From Tubiluchus corallicola (Eukaryota > Animalia > Priapulida): a DNA stretch of 64,000 nucleotides. Shown in pieces: positions 28,201 to 43,200 of the stretch; positions within the stretch are counted from its first letter, which is position 1, and each line of letters starts with the position of its first letter. The stretch lies in contig JAQGDQ010000011.1 of the NCBI GenBank assembly GCA_030141605.1, positions 802,066 through 866,065 of the forward strand, read 5' to 3'. The translations under genes were made by a program, and so were the position numbers. The notes beneath the pieces are model-generated. The model saw only the letters and a program-made list of their open reading frames with translations, was not told the DNA's origin and made no database searches.

Positions 28201-31200
28201 GCGACGGTTTCAGAGTGACCATACAAATAACCGCCTCTGTAAGGTCATTATGGTTCATGCTTTTGTTCACTTTTAAATGGCCGTGCAACAATGTACGCTT
28301 GCTATTCAAATAAGTAGCGCCCGTCTCTGTGTGCTTTCATTAATCTTTCATAAAGCCTTGGAGCATATTATAGTAAGCATTAAATATGTAACTCCCCCTA
28401 GGAAAAGTGGTTAGCTGTTATAGCCAGCCTTTATAGCGTGGTGCTTTCACAGTCGCAAAGCTCGTAACAGATTCTGCGAAACCAGGAAATCTTTGCGAAA
28501 AGCTAGTCTGATGAAAGACGAGTAACATTACACACACAACCAACTAAAGCTCCAAACGAAACTGGCAGATTAGTTGCTAACTTGTTTTGCACGCCGGGTA
28601 AAAAGTTGGCCTGCGGGCTAAAAGCTTAATATCCAATTTCGACGCAGAACCTGTTCTTCCAAGAATAGAGCCTCTGAACACAGCATTCATTCACTGCAGG
28701 GCAAAAAAGAGATAATTGCAAATGGCAGCCGGTCCTTTGTTGTGTTTCAAACTGTTGAAAGTCGATAGTGATTTTCTGATTTCATTCAACAGATACCGGG
28801 TGATATTTCGCCTTAATTAGTTGCTGATTGCTGTGTTGTACCAATTTCCTTGACCTCTTTTTTACTCGCTAGGTTGGCAAAAACAGTTCTGCGTTTTGCC
28901 TTTGTATAATTCCGTTGGTCTGTCGTCTCTGTACTGTAATCTGTTTTTTGTTTATTGTAATTTATGTTTGATTCAGTGAATATTCCTTTTTGTTCAGTTG
29001 TCTTGTGTTAAAATGAAACTAAAAAATTTTCATGCTCTATTGGTAGATCTGTTTTGTTATTCTAAGGTGTTAAACAGTTGGCAGCTTTTTGCTCCTATGT
29101 CATCTTTTTTGGCATGCATTTCTTCATTACTGCTTACGGGTTCTGTCCAAAATATTCTAAACATAACGTGCACTGCAGCATATTGGTTGCTGAAATCTAT
29201 CTTGCTGTTTTGCTTCAACGCATTTTTCGGTGGCTGTTAAAAATACTCTGGCAGAATGGTGTTATTCGAACCCTGCCTGGCCTAGCTTAGTAGCAAAGGA
29301 ATGCAGCGTTTGTACGCCGCAGTTGGGGTAAACAAACAAGGCGGTCTAACTGGTGCTGCGCATGAATATCGGATTTTATTTACATACATGAGATGGTGCA
29401 TATACTTGGTTTCAGAAATTCTCTTTCTTAGTCACTAGGTAAATAATTCTTATCTTTCGCACGTCATTAATGTGAATAATATGATTTGATAAACTACAGA
29501 GATGATTGTTTAAGGCAGATAGGTCTATTTTGATAGAGATATTAGTTGTCAAACGCCTTCAGACATTAGACAAAAGCTACTTGGTAATATAATAATCGAA
29601 AACAAGTCAAGAACCTAGCGTATTTTATGGAATTTTTGAATTTTATACACAAGTTTGCCATGTTAGCCCAGCTACTGGTGTGTAAACTTACCCCAGTGAT
29701 GTCATAAATTAAATCAAGGGCATGTTCTTCAGTCTTTTCATGAAGATTTTTCGTAAAGGCACCACTTGCCTAATTTGTTAAAGTACTGTAACTCGAATGG
29801 CTCTGTGACACTTTGGGGCCTTGAAAATGCCTTCATTTGCATTTACTTCTCTGTCGTACATCCAATATATATTCTATGATCTTGATTAATTATGTTTTCA
29901 TAGATTTAACTGTATTAATTATGCACAGCTAAGAAAAGCCCTTTTGACAGATAAATTTTAATTGCGTACAGTATTTCTCTTTAATTACTTCAAATTTCAA
30001 GGCCAAGGCGTTTTGTGATGCATCATTAATTTTGTAGTGCGTACAAAGCATATTACACTTATACTTCAGTAATTTTAACCTTACAAGGTTGAATGTTATT
30101 AATTTCAGTCAGTGTACCTGCACAGATAATTACGTTGAAGGTCATTATTATTGAAATAATATGTTGAGCAGACTTTCAGTAATCAGAGTTTGCGGGTAGT
30201 TTAAGTTCTTATGTACGTATCTTAGTTGGACCGCAGTTTGCTCTTTACAAGATGATTACTGGTGGTAAAATCTGTAAAATATTGCCTAAGACTTGAAATG
30301 CTTTAACAACAAGCCACTTTTTATGTACAGTATAAATTACGTGTTGCTAACTCCTACAGTGCACACAAGTGGTGTAAATTAATGGGAAAAAATCTGATTA
30401 TCATGGGCAAATGTTTTAAAGCTAAAGTGATTGTCTGGATGTTCATTAATATTCAACAATAAAAATCAAAGTCTAAAAATCTGTACGTATCAACACAATG
30501 CCTTCACTTGTGCATTGTTAGACGCACTGAAGCACAACGATTCTTTGCGCTCAAATTGTATTTGTAAATGTCAATAAAAATTTGAACAATCGCTCTCTAT
30601 CTAAGCTAGAATTCATGGTTGATGAATCTGGTTTTGATATGATAATATATTATGGGGAGGGGTGAGTCATGTGTGTTGGTCTGACACACTGCGTGATGTG
30701 CACTCAGCCGATAATGCTCATTGTGTAAACAGGCAACGAACTATGGTGACTGTACTGGTTTTTCTCTGCTGGCCTTTCATTGCAAACGACTGCTTTTACC
30801 TACATGCCGGTTGACCCTACACTGAATTGGTAATTTGACAGCCGAAAAACTGGTTCCCATTTCTGGGTTTGGTTGGTTCGTCTCACAATGCGATCATTTG
30901 TTTGCAAAGATGAGTGGAGGATTTGTCTAGCTGGCTCAGTGTGTGAGCGTTTGTTCTTTGAACTGCTGTGATTTCATTACTGTGATTGCTTTGCGTTAGT
31001 TTGTTGAAGTTTTTTCTTGGAGAAAGTGCTTTAGTGTAAAGGCCATAACTAATTCCGATAGTTATTCTGCGTACGCATTTGGTAAATTGGATTAAGAAGA
31101 ACAGACATTGGAGATTTCTGTCAATTCTAGAGATTTGACTAGGGCCGTTTGAACCATAAACGTGAGCTGTTTGAGACAACTGCCTCGATTTATTGCGGTT

Positions 31201-34200
31201 TGCATCTGTTTTTAGTATGGATCGTGATTACCACAGCGTCTGAACTTTCAGTAAAGAGAAAACAATTTTTGCTGTTCTCATCTTACTACAGCAAAGGTAA
31301 GAGTTTAATTAATGTTCGTGTTCGGTTTGGCCTGGAAAGTATATTACTCATGTGTGATTGTAAGTAAACTGAACTGTTTTATTTTCTGTTTGATCTAGAA
31401 TATGCTGATAATCATATTCACATGATATGTTAATGTTTTCTATAACAAATATGTTCGTGTTATCTTGGAGTATAATGTTCACCTTGTCAATATGGTAAAT
31501 ATTTATTATAATAACTGTCCGAGTGTTCCGTATTCATATTAGTAAGAACTTTGTCGGATTCGAACAGGCAATAGTTGAAAAATTTGGTTTATCTTAAAGA
31601 ATGTGTTTGTCCTGTCAAAATCCGTATTTGTGCAACATTATCAGAAGCAATATACGTAGAATATTTGTTAAACACCGTTTAACTTCTTTGAGCCATAAAA
31701 TTCGTAAGTAATTTTCAAAATTCGTATGTAATTCAAGCCACTTACACCTTTTCAGGTATAAATTAGCATGATATTACCCTGGGTGTGGTCGTTAGATCTT
31801 AAAAATGAAGTAATTTCTATTTCTAGTGACAAAATAATAGGAGTTTCTTGCTAAACTAGTGTCGTACACCTGTCGGCAGTTAACCTTGCAACTGATCTGA
31901 AACCGACATCGCTTAGTTAGAGTGAACGGCGCTTTCACTTCCGGTCATCTCTTTCATTTTCCCGCTCTTTTTATTGAGGCGTTTCCGTGAGGGACATTTT
32001 TCTCCACCCTGTAGAATTGGTGTTGATAGGGTAACTTTCTAACAGTTAGAGGCGTTACAGTAATTGGAAGCTACTAGTATTATATAAGATTTGAGTCCTC
32101 CTAACATTGTAGTATATTTAAGTGCCGCTTACGCCTAAGGACGTACATCAACCTGATTTACAGTTAGCTGTTCGAGGTGCTTTTTCTTCTCTTGTGTGCC
32201 TTTTAAATTATTTGTGTGGCTTTGGATGAATTATGCAAGACTTTAGTGTAGTTAAACTATTGAGTGTTGTGTGCATGTATGTCAATGTGTGCCAGTTTAT
32301 TAACCCGACTGTGAACAGAGTGGATCTATTGTGAGGCCAAACATCTGCTACCATTGATTGATGACTATACAAAGTCTTCCCTCTAGGTACACCTCGTAAA
32401 TAATGTAGGCTACTTGTTGAATTTCTATAATCCCATCCAACAGCCCCTGCAGGATTCGTCGTGTATAGTGTTTAGTTTCGGGGCGAGAGAGAAGAGACAG
32501 GACGGAGGAGAGGCAGAGCGAGAGTGAAATTTTTAAATTTGCTCTTATGTTTTTTTAACTATAACTTCATGTGTGAGATCAGCAACGCTATAAGTTTTTG
32601 CATATTTCTGCAGCCCCTTTAGCTCACTTGCCTCGTTTAGTGTGGTTGAATGGAAAAAACACGCAGCAAGTCGGATTTATTTAGATGGAAATTTTACGAT
32701 GGAGGGTTTTTATTGTTATATACGCGTGCGTGAGTCATCATTTTAAGCTTAACCATGAGGTTTTAAAGATAAGAAGCGATGTACTAACTACGCGGTTTTA
32801 TCATGGATTTATAACGTAATAAAACCAATTTATCGTGTACATCATAATAATCAGTAATTAGGTGTACATGTACTCGACATTAAAGGCCTATACACTACTA
32901 AACACTTGTTAAGTAGAATTTTAAATGTAACTGAATTTTACATAATTTCACAACAAAATTTGCATTAGAAATTTTTATGTATTACTGTTCGAGTTTATTT
33001 TTATGAGCATCTCAGTTTGACGCATTATTTCCCAGCTATACCCCAAGAACAACGTAGACTTCGTCTATTTTTTTCTCTTTTTCTGTTGAGCTTTTAATTG
33101 AATGTTAGGATTTATTCTCAACGCAGTAATGAAGCTAATCGTGAGTACGAAGCCCGCACTAAAGTAGCGTCGCCTGAAAGAAGATAGGCGCAGCACAAAT
33201 TGCTAATAGCAGTGAAATCATACGAAAAAATGTTGAAGCTGTACAACGTTTATATTACGTGATTATTTTTACAACAAAAACTATATTTCCATGCCAACGT
33301 TTTGCAGTTATGTGCTGACGCCTGCAACAAAGCGAACACGTGGCATTTGTCTGAGGTGCAAGTGCCGATAATAATTTTATTAAGGGTCAGTTTTAAAACA
33401 TTTACCGCTTTAAGCCAATTAGTCCATAGCATTAATTACAAATTCAAGTAGTTTCCCCTCCCAGTGAATGTGAGCTTGAAATTTACAGTGATCAGTAATT
33501 AAATTGGAATGATCTGTGCTATTAATAAAATTGATATCTCTTGCGAAATTCAGAAGAAACTTCATGAGTGTAGACGTTTTTCACGCAGGTTTTAAAAACA
33601 CCGCAAAATATAACATCCGCAACCGAGAATAGCAGTTGCCCGTTTGTTCACAAATATAGCCGCCGGCTGCGCGTAATTTTTAACGATTTTATCTTTTCAT
33701 GCGACTCTTTTTACCTGACAAGGAGATACACTTTTTAATTTGAACACTATACGCCTAGCAGTCATATAGGTCGTGTTGAAGACGTGATTACGTGGGTTGT
33801 AGTACTTGGTAGCAATTGGCAGAGGCGATTGAAATCACACCAATATGAGTGTCGAAAGTCGAGTGGGCGAAATCATTCAGTTTAAAAATGAAAATAGTTT
33901 TTACTTGTCTCTATTGTTATAAATTTTAATTCCATTTGAAAAAATTCCTCAGAACTTAAATAATGTAGTTATATCTTCGAATGTCAAAAACAGATAGACA
34001 AACAAACAGTCCTGTGTATGCACTAGTCACGATGTGCCGTGTATGTTAAGATGTACGTTATTACGTATTTAACCATTAGCCTCTATATTAGATTATTATA
34101 ATATATTAATATATTAGATTGGCAGACTGCGCAGTTTCATATTTTTGCGATTTTTATAAGCTAAAGCAAAATATATTTTATAAGGCTATGAGGTTTCTCC

Positions 34201-37200
34201 ACATAACTGTATACTTAACCTCGCCTGAGATGTCATGGCTGTTGGGGAGTCCTTTGCGCAGTCTCTTGTATCTTAGGTGTATTTGGTTTTCTCAGAACAG
34301 GAAATTACATTTTCTAAACTGCGTAGTATAATAAGTCATTATGTTTGCGCAAACCTGGCGTAATCTCATTTCAGTTTGTGAAATTGTGCTGCTTCACAGT
34401 TTGCTGCATGTACTTGTATTTCATAAGAGCTTGTGCTCTGGACTCGCTAGTGAAGTATGCTGGATTAAGACTGGCTGATTAAATTATCGCAGTTTACTGA
34501 GATATTCGTAAAGCTATAGTTTTAAAATGTCCTTGCACTTTTAATTATCAACTGCAATATGAATTTTTGTTCATTTCGCCGTTTCATTGTGAAACCGATG
34601 TTTAGGGGGCCCTCTTTGCAAGTACGTACCCGTTTCTGCAAGTAAGTACATGATGTAATGCCTTTTGTTTTGAAAATATTAATTTTTGAACTTGTGAACT
34701 AGTAGTAATTATTCTAAAATCAAAATTCGCCATGAAGGCCTCTAAAATGTAAATAGGCCAGTAAAGTCATTTTAATATGATATTCTCCGTTTTCGATTCA
34801 TAGCACATTATTGCATGTTGTGTTTTTTCCATAAAAGCCATTCATGTTGTTTATGTTTTAACATAAGAAAACATTGTAATTTCCAGGCCTTTGGCATTTA
34901 CTGTTTACAAACGATGAAAATCGGGCATGTGAAAAACGCTCAGCTGCCGCACATTTTGCGAACATTCATGGCGTGTTTTTGTCGAGTGTGATTTCGAAAC
35001 GTGAACGAATTCGATTTCCGGTTTGCGCGTTTTTGTCTGCCTCGAGCGCCCACGGTAATTACTGTGATCATGTTACTGTGAAACGTGTAAAATGCGGGTG
35101 AGACGTATCAACATATCTAATCTAAATCATTGCCTGCTTTCTAGAATTATGATTAAACGAACCACTTGCACGTAAAATAATCAGACAAGATAGCGCGTTT
35201 TTGTTTTAACTGGTAAATTTCAGTAATTGTAATCGTGTCACTAAATCCATTCGGTAAAGCAAGTCAGACACAATAATGCATATATATGATGTCCAATGTT
35301 AATCATTTAACAAGGGGCCTGCTCAATTCACTGCGACACAAATAATTACGGTAATATAGACAGCAAGTTAATGACATTTCTCTATCCTAGCCTAATGTGA
35401 AGTTAAGGAATTAAGAACGTCTAATTAATAAATAACATAAATAAACCCAGCGCAGATGTGTCCATAACCATAACCTCTATTGCTGATGCCAACATAGCGC
35501 AAACATAATTCTTAACGACCTTGTGGGCATCGTATTACAGATAAGCGTCATTTTATATACACCAACTATAATACCATTGTCTTTCCTAATAGATATCGTA
35601 CAATCTCCAATAATTAGTCTGCATACATCGTTTTCTGGGTTACACCGTGAAAGATGAGTAAAGGAGGTATTACGCTATTAAGGTCAAGTGAAATTGGGCA
35701 GGGTGAAAACATCTTCGAGAGTCATTAATCGCTCAAGAACCTCAGAAGATGAGGTCATCCTACGCGAAGATTTGAAGGCAGTGTCATTGTTGTAATTTTC
35801 GTTCTGACTGGTTGTGTTCACTAAGAATGTTGTTGATCACCTTATAATGTTGATTTCACCGTTATGTACAACTAATCCGTTTTGCTGTTTTACAAGAACG
35901 AAATAACGATATCTTCAAAACTGTTATCAAGTATTTTACACGCAAAATATTGTATTGAAAGAAGTAAGTTAAAACTCCATACATATTGTGCGAAAGAAAC
36001 TGTTTGAATGTTTAATCTTGGGATCAAATTGCTGCACATTCCTATTTATGTATTTCAAAAATTTAGTGACGCTGAAACTTAGTGCCACAATTTGCAAAAT
36101 GGTGACCAGAAATAAAATCATAGGAAAAGAGTCACAATTTTGGCTTAGAAAAAAGCCACAATTAATTTTGGCTATGGTTAGGGTTATTTCTTTTTTCCTG
36201 TGACTTTTTTGCCTGGATTCCGCGAATCGTACGTCGCCCACACATAAATTACATGTGTATCATTGTCAAACTGAAAAAAAAATTTGAAATTTTTCTATAG
36301 TTATTTTTTATTCATTTTGCTATCACCTGTGCACATTAAGAGCTCAAAATGCGCATTATGTCTAATCATGCTCTCTGATCTCAAAGAACCTGTTCAGCGA
36401 GGTATGAAAAATTTTCCCGGTTTGGGGGAGGAGAGCACCTGTTTCCTGATTTAACAAGCCTTTACCAAAAACCATTCCGCCATGAATGAGTTTTTTTTCA
36501 TCGAAACACGACGGTAGCAAGATAAAACCAATTCAAATCCACCTGCATGGGAGCATGTGCGCTTTTTTTGAAATCAGCCTATTTACACAGCTACGAATCT
36601 GCATAGCCAAATTTTAGTGCTGAACGTTCGCTGCACGGGGGGTGGATTGTACAGGTCGCTTTGGGTAATCGTTATGTCCATTATCGAGATTATTATCATT
36701 ACCATTTGTCATTGTCTCAATTATTCTTATTAGTATAATTATTTACTAAAATTTTTAATATGAAGTAAATACTTGCAATGAAGGATTAAGATCACAAGTA
36801 CTAAACAAGCGCTCTAAAATGAAATTTATGCGAAAATAAATCGTAACTAAGGTCATATGATAACTGTCACGACATATTGACACGGTAAACGGCACTGGTA
36901 AAGCTTAAAATCTGTCATTTTAACGGCAAAAGTTATGAACTTGTAACGTCCAGAATGAACTCACATGCAGTTACTAAGTACAGTTTTTCAAAGCAAACTT
37001 CATCAGAAGGAACCATTTTTCTCACCTAGTGTGTGATTTTAATTTCAACAAGAAATTACTGAAATTTTGGAAAAGAATCTTGCAATGCCGCTGTTGTAAT
37101 TGCTTTTACAACTCGTTTTTTTTGTTTGTTTGGAAAATCCATTTCGAATTTTTTATGAATGGCTTGTAGATTCGTGCGTCTTTCAACAAAGCGTGTATTT

Positions 37201-40200
37201 TTGAAATGCATAATTTCCCTGAAGCAAAGGAATGACGAGAATTGGAAAATCCTCCTTTATCCGTGAGTTCCTTTATACCCGCTGGGATGACATCTGGGAC
37301 AGTGTGTTCTGGGAACTTCATGACAAGTATATAATACATCTATGCACAATGATTTTTTATATGACCGTGTTTTCTTCTCTGAGTAATACGGTTCTTGTTG
37401 TTTAGGTCTGCCTTGAGTTGTTTTTAAAATGTCCAAATGCGTGACCGTCATAATAATTGACGTAGATGTATTTTGTTGCACAAAATACAAACAGTTGTTA
37501 TATGTAAAATAATAATGGCTGTATTTTGTGGCCGTAGGGTAACGAATTATCACATACCTTACTGAAATTTTCGAACGATAATGATCACCTACTTCTTGTT
37601 TTGACTTGCGAGATTCGTTAAAAATGTCGGCAGAAACTGAATGAGCTCGAAATCTATTTTCTTATTGATTACACCTGCATTTTTACAGACGTTAAAGGAG
37701 TGGTTTTCATTTAAATGTCAGACAAAGTCACAAAGCGCAAAAGTATATAAACCAGGTACATAATTAATTAGTTAAACTCGCCCAAATCCATACACCAGTA
37801 TCGCTAAATAATACATGCACCCACTCTTTACTTTAATGATGATCATTCAATGTTTTATAAGCATTCGGGACACATTATACCCCGAGGTAATTTAGCTTCA
37901 GCCAACATTCGAGTCAATAAACTGCATGGTCACGCTACTGGCACGCACACAACAGAAGCTTTTATGCAGATGTCTTTTACTGGAAAAGTTTTCTTTCAGT
38001 CAACAAATTTGCGTGTTCTTGAGTGCAGACCAGCCGACCCTCAATTTTGCTGCGGAGGATTTGTTTTTAAAACCCAACTCAAATATTTGCTGCGTTATGC
38101 AGCGTACTAGCATATTTGCTGAGCAGGATGTAGGATGAGTTGTTTTGAAAAAAGTAAATTCTCTGTTGTGTTCCTGCAGAGGAATGCGGTCTATTTTCGC
38201 TTATGACTAGCCGTGTACTTTCATTTCTCTTTCTCTCTCTCTCTAATGTAACCAATTGGTGAAATATTTCCTGTTATTCCCAAGGCCAAATAAATGATCA
38301 TGTTTTTTATACTTGCCTAGCTTTAGACCTTGCATTTATTGACGATACAGTAAATGTGTTCAAGTTGACGGCGTGATTTTAAGCAGTTTGATGAATAAGT
38401 GTTTAGTATATATTCAGTTTTTAGTTCATTATTCTAGCAAATTCAGTATTCACTATTGCAATGTGATTCAGTAGGGTTCTCTCGCAGCATTGGATGCATT
38501 TGTAGTATCACATACAAGGCAACCAAAGCACTGCATCAAATAACATTGCTACAGACAGCAGTAAATGACGCAAAAAAAAATAAAACCAGTTTTCGTTTAA
38601 CATTTTTAGCCAGTTATTATAATAGTTCACAAAAATAGTTTTCATTGTCAATGATTGTCTTTGTGTAAATGTAAGTTAACAATTCTGTATTTTTAATGTG
38701 TAATAATAAAATTACTTCTCCAAGAACATAATATTTAAACTGTTTCCGCCAGTTTTTACGTCAGTTTTACAGAATTCAGGATATTTCCTTGCTGCACAAT
38801 TAGCTGCAAAATTTACGATTTTTCCTACTTAATAGCTGTTTTACATATGATAGTGTATAGCTTTTAAGCAATTAACTTGCCGTTGTTACATGAGTAATTT
38901 CTAGCACAGGTTTAATTTCCGTCTTTATGGTTTCTCAAGAAAGCATTGTGTTTCGAGATCACAGGAGTATCGATTGATCAGGGGAAAAAACCTATAAACC
39001 ATCGAGAATTTTAACAGCCTTAAATGGAGTTTCGTCTTTGCAAGATACTTCGCTTGTTTAAACTCTAAGAATTGCAATAACAGATGGCGCACTCTAATTT
39101 TAGTAGAAATCTACAAGATTTATTGAAGCACTTCAATCACGTGCAGTAATTAATTTATTATAATCGGGCATAATCACGCGAGCTTTACTTTTTGCAGACA
39201 GGGGCTACTAAACATACACAGAAATATTAATGGGCGTCCTGATCTCTGAGTGCGGTGGTTGAAAACAACGAGTTGCAAGTAGTGCGATCATAATAATAGG
39301 CCCTCTTTTTGGGAGTGCTTTTAATGGACTTTGGTACATTATGTAATTTATTTTTTTTTCATTTATATTACCTCACCGCCACTGTATTATCAAGTAGTCT
39401 TTTCTTTTCCAAAACGCACTGTGAATGAACTATTTACTGTGCGTACAATAATTATTACCTTGCAATTTTTCGTCCTTATGGAATGTACACTACCCGTGGT
39501 TGTGCAAAGAGTTGTTTACTTGACCTGTTACTTGCTTAACTACTTCAATAACAAGGCCATCAGCATGGCAGCGATTAGAGGCGATTTGCTCCCCGCAAAA
39601 CTCCGAGCAAATATTTTGCCTCTAATTTAGCGTGGAATCATTGTGTCTTTGTGAGGTGGTTATCCAAATTAAAGTAATTGTAATCCGGTGTGCTGGTGTG
39701 TTTTTGAAAGTACAGACAGTGCTGTGTATAATCTCGTTAACCCTGAAACTACGTCTAAATTATGTTGTGAATTAAACATTAATTAAACGAAATTAATGTG
39801 CGAAAATATTAGCCTGAATACGAAATGAGGAACATCGCAGCTATGTACTCTGGAAAACTCGGGTTACTATCATGTGTTCAGAGTGGCTTGACAGGTACTC
39901 AGGGTGATGAAATTTGTAGAAACTGCAGACAAATTTCGACAAAACAAAGTCCAGAAAACACGGAGAAATAATCTGGTGTTGTGTTAACTGCGATTTCTGT
40001 CACCAGAGGTAAGCACGAAAGTCTACAAGTGTATGTAATATATAAAAAATTGAATTTCTGTGCTAGGAAACTCGAGAAGTTTTGTTTAGGACCATTTTTC
40101 CCCTCGCGTATGAAGGAAGCCTTTTCGCTCGTAAACAACGTTGAAGTCTCCGGAATGTCATGTTGAACTTTACCTGAACGTGTATATGAAACATTTATAG

Positions 40201-43200
40201 CCATATTAAGTAATTGACTACTTAGAAAATGGAGTTATACTCTGTATTGAATATTCATTGCACGGACTGATTGTGGGTTCGAATCCCGACAGGATTGAAG
40301 TTTATGTGAAAACACAACGGAACAGACTGCAGTTACAGCTAATAGGTTTTCCTGCACGCAGCTGCTGCCTCTACCGTCCCTTGATTATTATTTAAGCCTA
40401 GTTTAAAATGCAAAGTGCAAGCAGCAGCAGCCGACGAGAAAGTGCAGCTAATGGATATACAGCCTAGACAGAATGTTTGACGTGAAATATAAATAATGTA
40501 TTACCGGTAGCTGTCAAGGGAAGCTGATGCGAGTACAGGATATTTATAATAGATGAAAGGGGTGGAAAGCAATTAGCGTGCCACGTCCTTTGTTCAAGGA
40601 CGTATCCAAAACTTTTCCACTAGCACATTTGATGTGATCGTATTGATTTTTACACGCCGATTACCGCCTGCGTTTTGCTGAAAAAAGCGCTGAGCTTATT
40701 AAAAGCCGGAACGGGTTGCACACGATATTTCGCTGTGGGGTTTCATCACCCGCCTAGCAACAGTGTCTGGATGCTGCGGAAGATGAGGCAGGAAATAATG
40801 ATGCGTTGCTAGGTTATCTCTGGTTGCCAATATCAGTGTTATCTGTCCCGCCGCGCGTTTCGCGGTAATCTTCAGGGGATTTGTTGCTTGGCTGACAAGG
40901 ATGGAAGCATTAACCCTCGACAGTCGGTTACACTTACAGGATATATTTGGCGCCAAGAATTTCTCTGTTTACCTTCTGTTGTCTAATTTTACGGCAGCTT
41001 CAATAGACAAATCTGTTCAATCGGGAGGCGCTTTAATAAAAAACAGTTCTGACTCCACGAACTATGACTTTCATACTTGAATGGAAGCTGTTTTTCTCTT
41101 ATACATTTAGGTGACCACATTTAGGTTACCTGACATTCTGTAGAAGTATTCAGTTCTGCGTCCAGAATCAGTCCCTGACGGGCAAACAGTTCTGCAGAAG
41201 CCTCTTTATCTAGTTCTTGCGGAACTTCAGAAGCCCTACTTTGTCCCTTCCGATCTATTAATCATTTAAAAATAACATTCTTCTGCTCCTATTTGTTTTT
41301 CTCTTGCTTCTCCCAGGCTTACCCCGGACATTCCTAGATGTAAAACGGCTGCTTATAAGTCGTTTTTGCCTCAGACTTCTTGCCTGTGAAATTCTGTATC
41401 AGAATATCCTTGAAAACTGCAACTTAGTTATGTGAATTCTCTGGACGTGCACACTTGCTTCCTTGGTGTAACCATTCTCTTTGAGTGGCTATTGGCTTTG
41501 GGTTGGGCGGTTGCATAAACAACGAAGAGTGACCCCGTAAGAAGAGCGGTTTACTGTACAATATAGATCTTAGAACTGATCATTTCATGAATATGGAGCT
41601 CGTGGAGAGATGGCCAGAGGCCTCTTGTTTCACAAGGACAAAATGAAATCTTCGCTTGAAAGGGTTAAACAGATATGCATCACATCGGCATGGATTTTAA
41701 TTAAGGAAGGCATTTGCGTGTATGTTTCAGACAGCAGCAGCATACACAAAGTTTGAAAAGTTTTCAAGTGATTGATGTTCTGAAGATATGCTTGCGCTGT
41801 CAGACTCTGGGGAAAAGCACACAGTGTTAGCTGAATAGATGCGTTCTTAATTGAGTTCATTGTTCCAATGGTCGCAGCTAAGACTAGTGTTTATCAGTGG
41901 TTGAGCCATTATTATTTTTGGGATCAAATAATTAATCAATTAGACAATTGAATTATATAGTTCCTAAGGCAGCCCTTTTTGCTTCTTTTGACTACAAATG
42001 CACCATCTGAATTGTAGTTGACATAATACGAAACTCATCTTCACTTTAAAGATTTTGGCTGTCAGCCATTCTGGAAATCTTTGCACCCTAATTAAGCTTT
42101 TAAACCCGGTAATCTGGCGTTTGGGGAAAGTAAACTAACGTTACTTTATTGAACAATAAGTATAGCGTTGATGAATTGTAAAAAGGAATCATTGGGCACT
42201 TGTATGTATTTGTGGAACAGCTGTCGAAACTGTTGAGAAGTCAAGATTGAACAATTTTCTGCAAGCTTGCGCATAAACGATTTTTCCTGCAGAAAAGTTT
42301 ATTTTCGCACTGCAGTAAAACACCGTGTTGTTTACCCTCGTAAAAACTTTGATCTTGTTGCGCCATAAACATGCACACACTAACACTTGCTGTATGTATC
42401 CTGCCGTAACTTTATGCCTAATATAATTTTAACGTCCCACGGCAAAATTCCAATTACAACCACAGAGAGAACTAGAAAAGTAGAGTTATTACACTTGACT
42501 TCACCTAATGCTTATCCAGCTGGAAAAATTACAGATATTCTGGAGAGATTATTATATGTTGCATTTTGCTCGTTAAGAAGGTTGATTGAGCACTGAGTAG
42601 CTCCTAGCGACTGTTCCATCGATCAATAAAGCTATTTGAGTTGGGAATTTTGGAACCGTGCCAAACTGTGGACAAGTCGTGGCTATTTAATCTAAGGATG
42701 GGTTGGCTTGACCCAGGAAAGCACAGGAATTACATTCCTGTTTGGCGGAGAGAGTATGTCTTGAAACCCATGGAAATTCAACTAAATAATCGCGATCCCT
42801 TTGCGGCGCTGTTCGACAAAAAGTTTCAATGAAATGATATGAATAATAACTCATATCTTAGCTTTAATCCATCTTTAATCAAATCCCATTTGTTTTCAAT
42901 TCTACATTTGATTTGTGAATAGTATTTTTTGTAGCCTTGCCACCTATTTCAGTTGCAATTTTTAGTGAGTAATGTTACTTTTCTTAAATTCAAAAAAGTT
43001 TCGATTTTATAGATAATGAAGGCAATATTTAGCAGCTACTGTGCTGAGTGTGCTCCAACATAGTTATTTGTAAAAGAGTGTAAAATATCTGTTTACAGCG
43101 AATGCATGCAGTTACTTGACCAATTTTGCTAATGAGCAACATTAACGCATGCGCCGCAGAACTCGTAAATTCGGATTAACTACCTAATGAAACGACTGTT

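Noticed and set aside
37106-37339. 77-aa minus-strand ORF ([24 protein letters not shown]...)
   Set aside because: Short, with no recognisable family and no partner exons. Within random expectation.
40261-40300. tRNA gene suggested by GGTTCGAATCCC
   Set aside because: No A-box, D-arm, anticodon arm or acceptor stem. Kept only as a possible SINE remnant.
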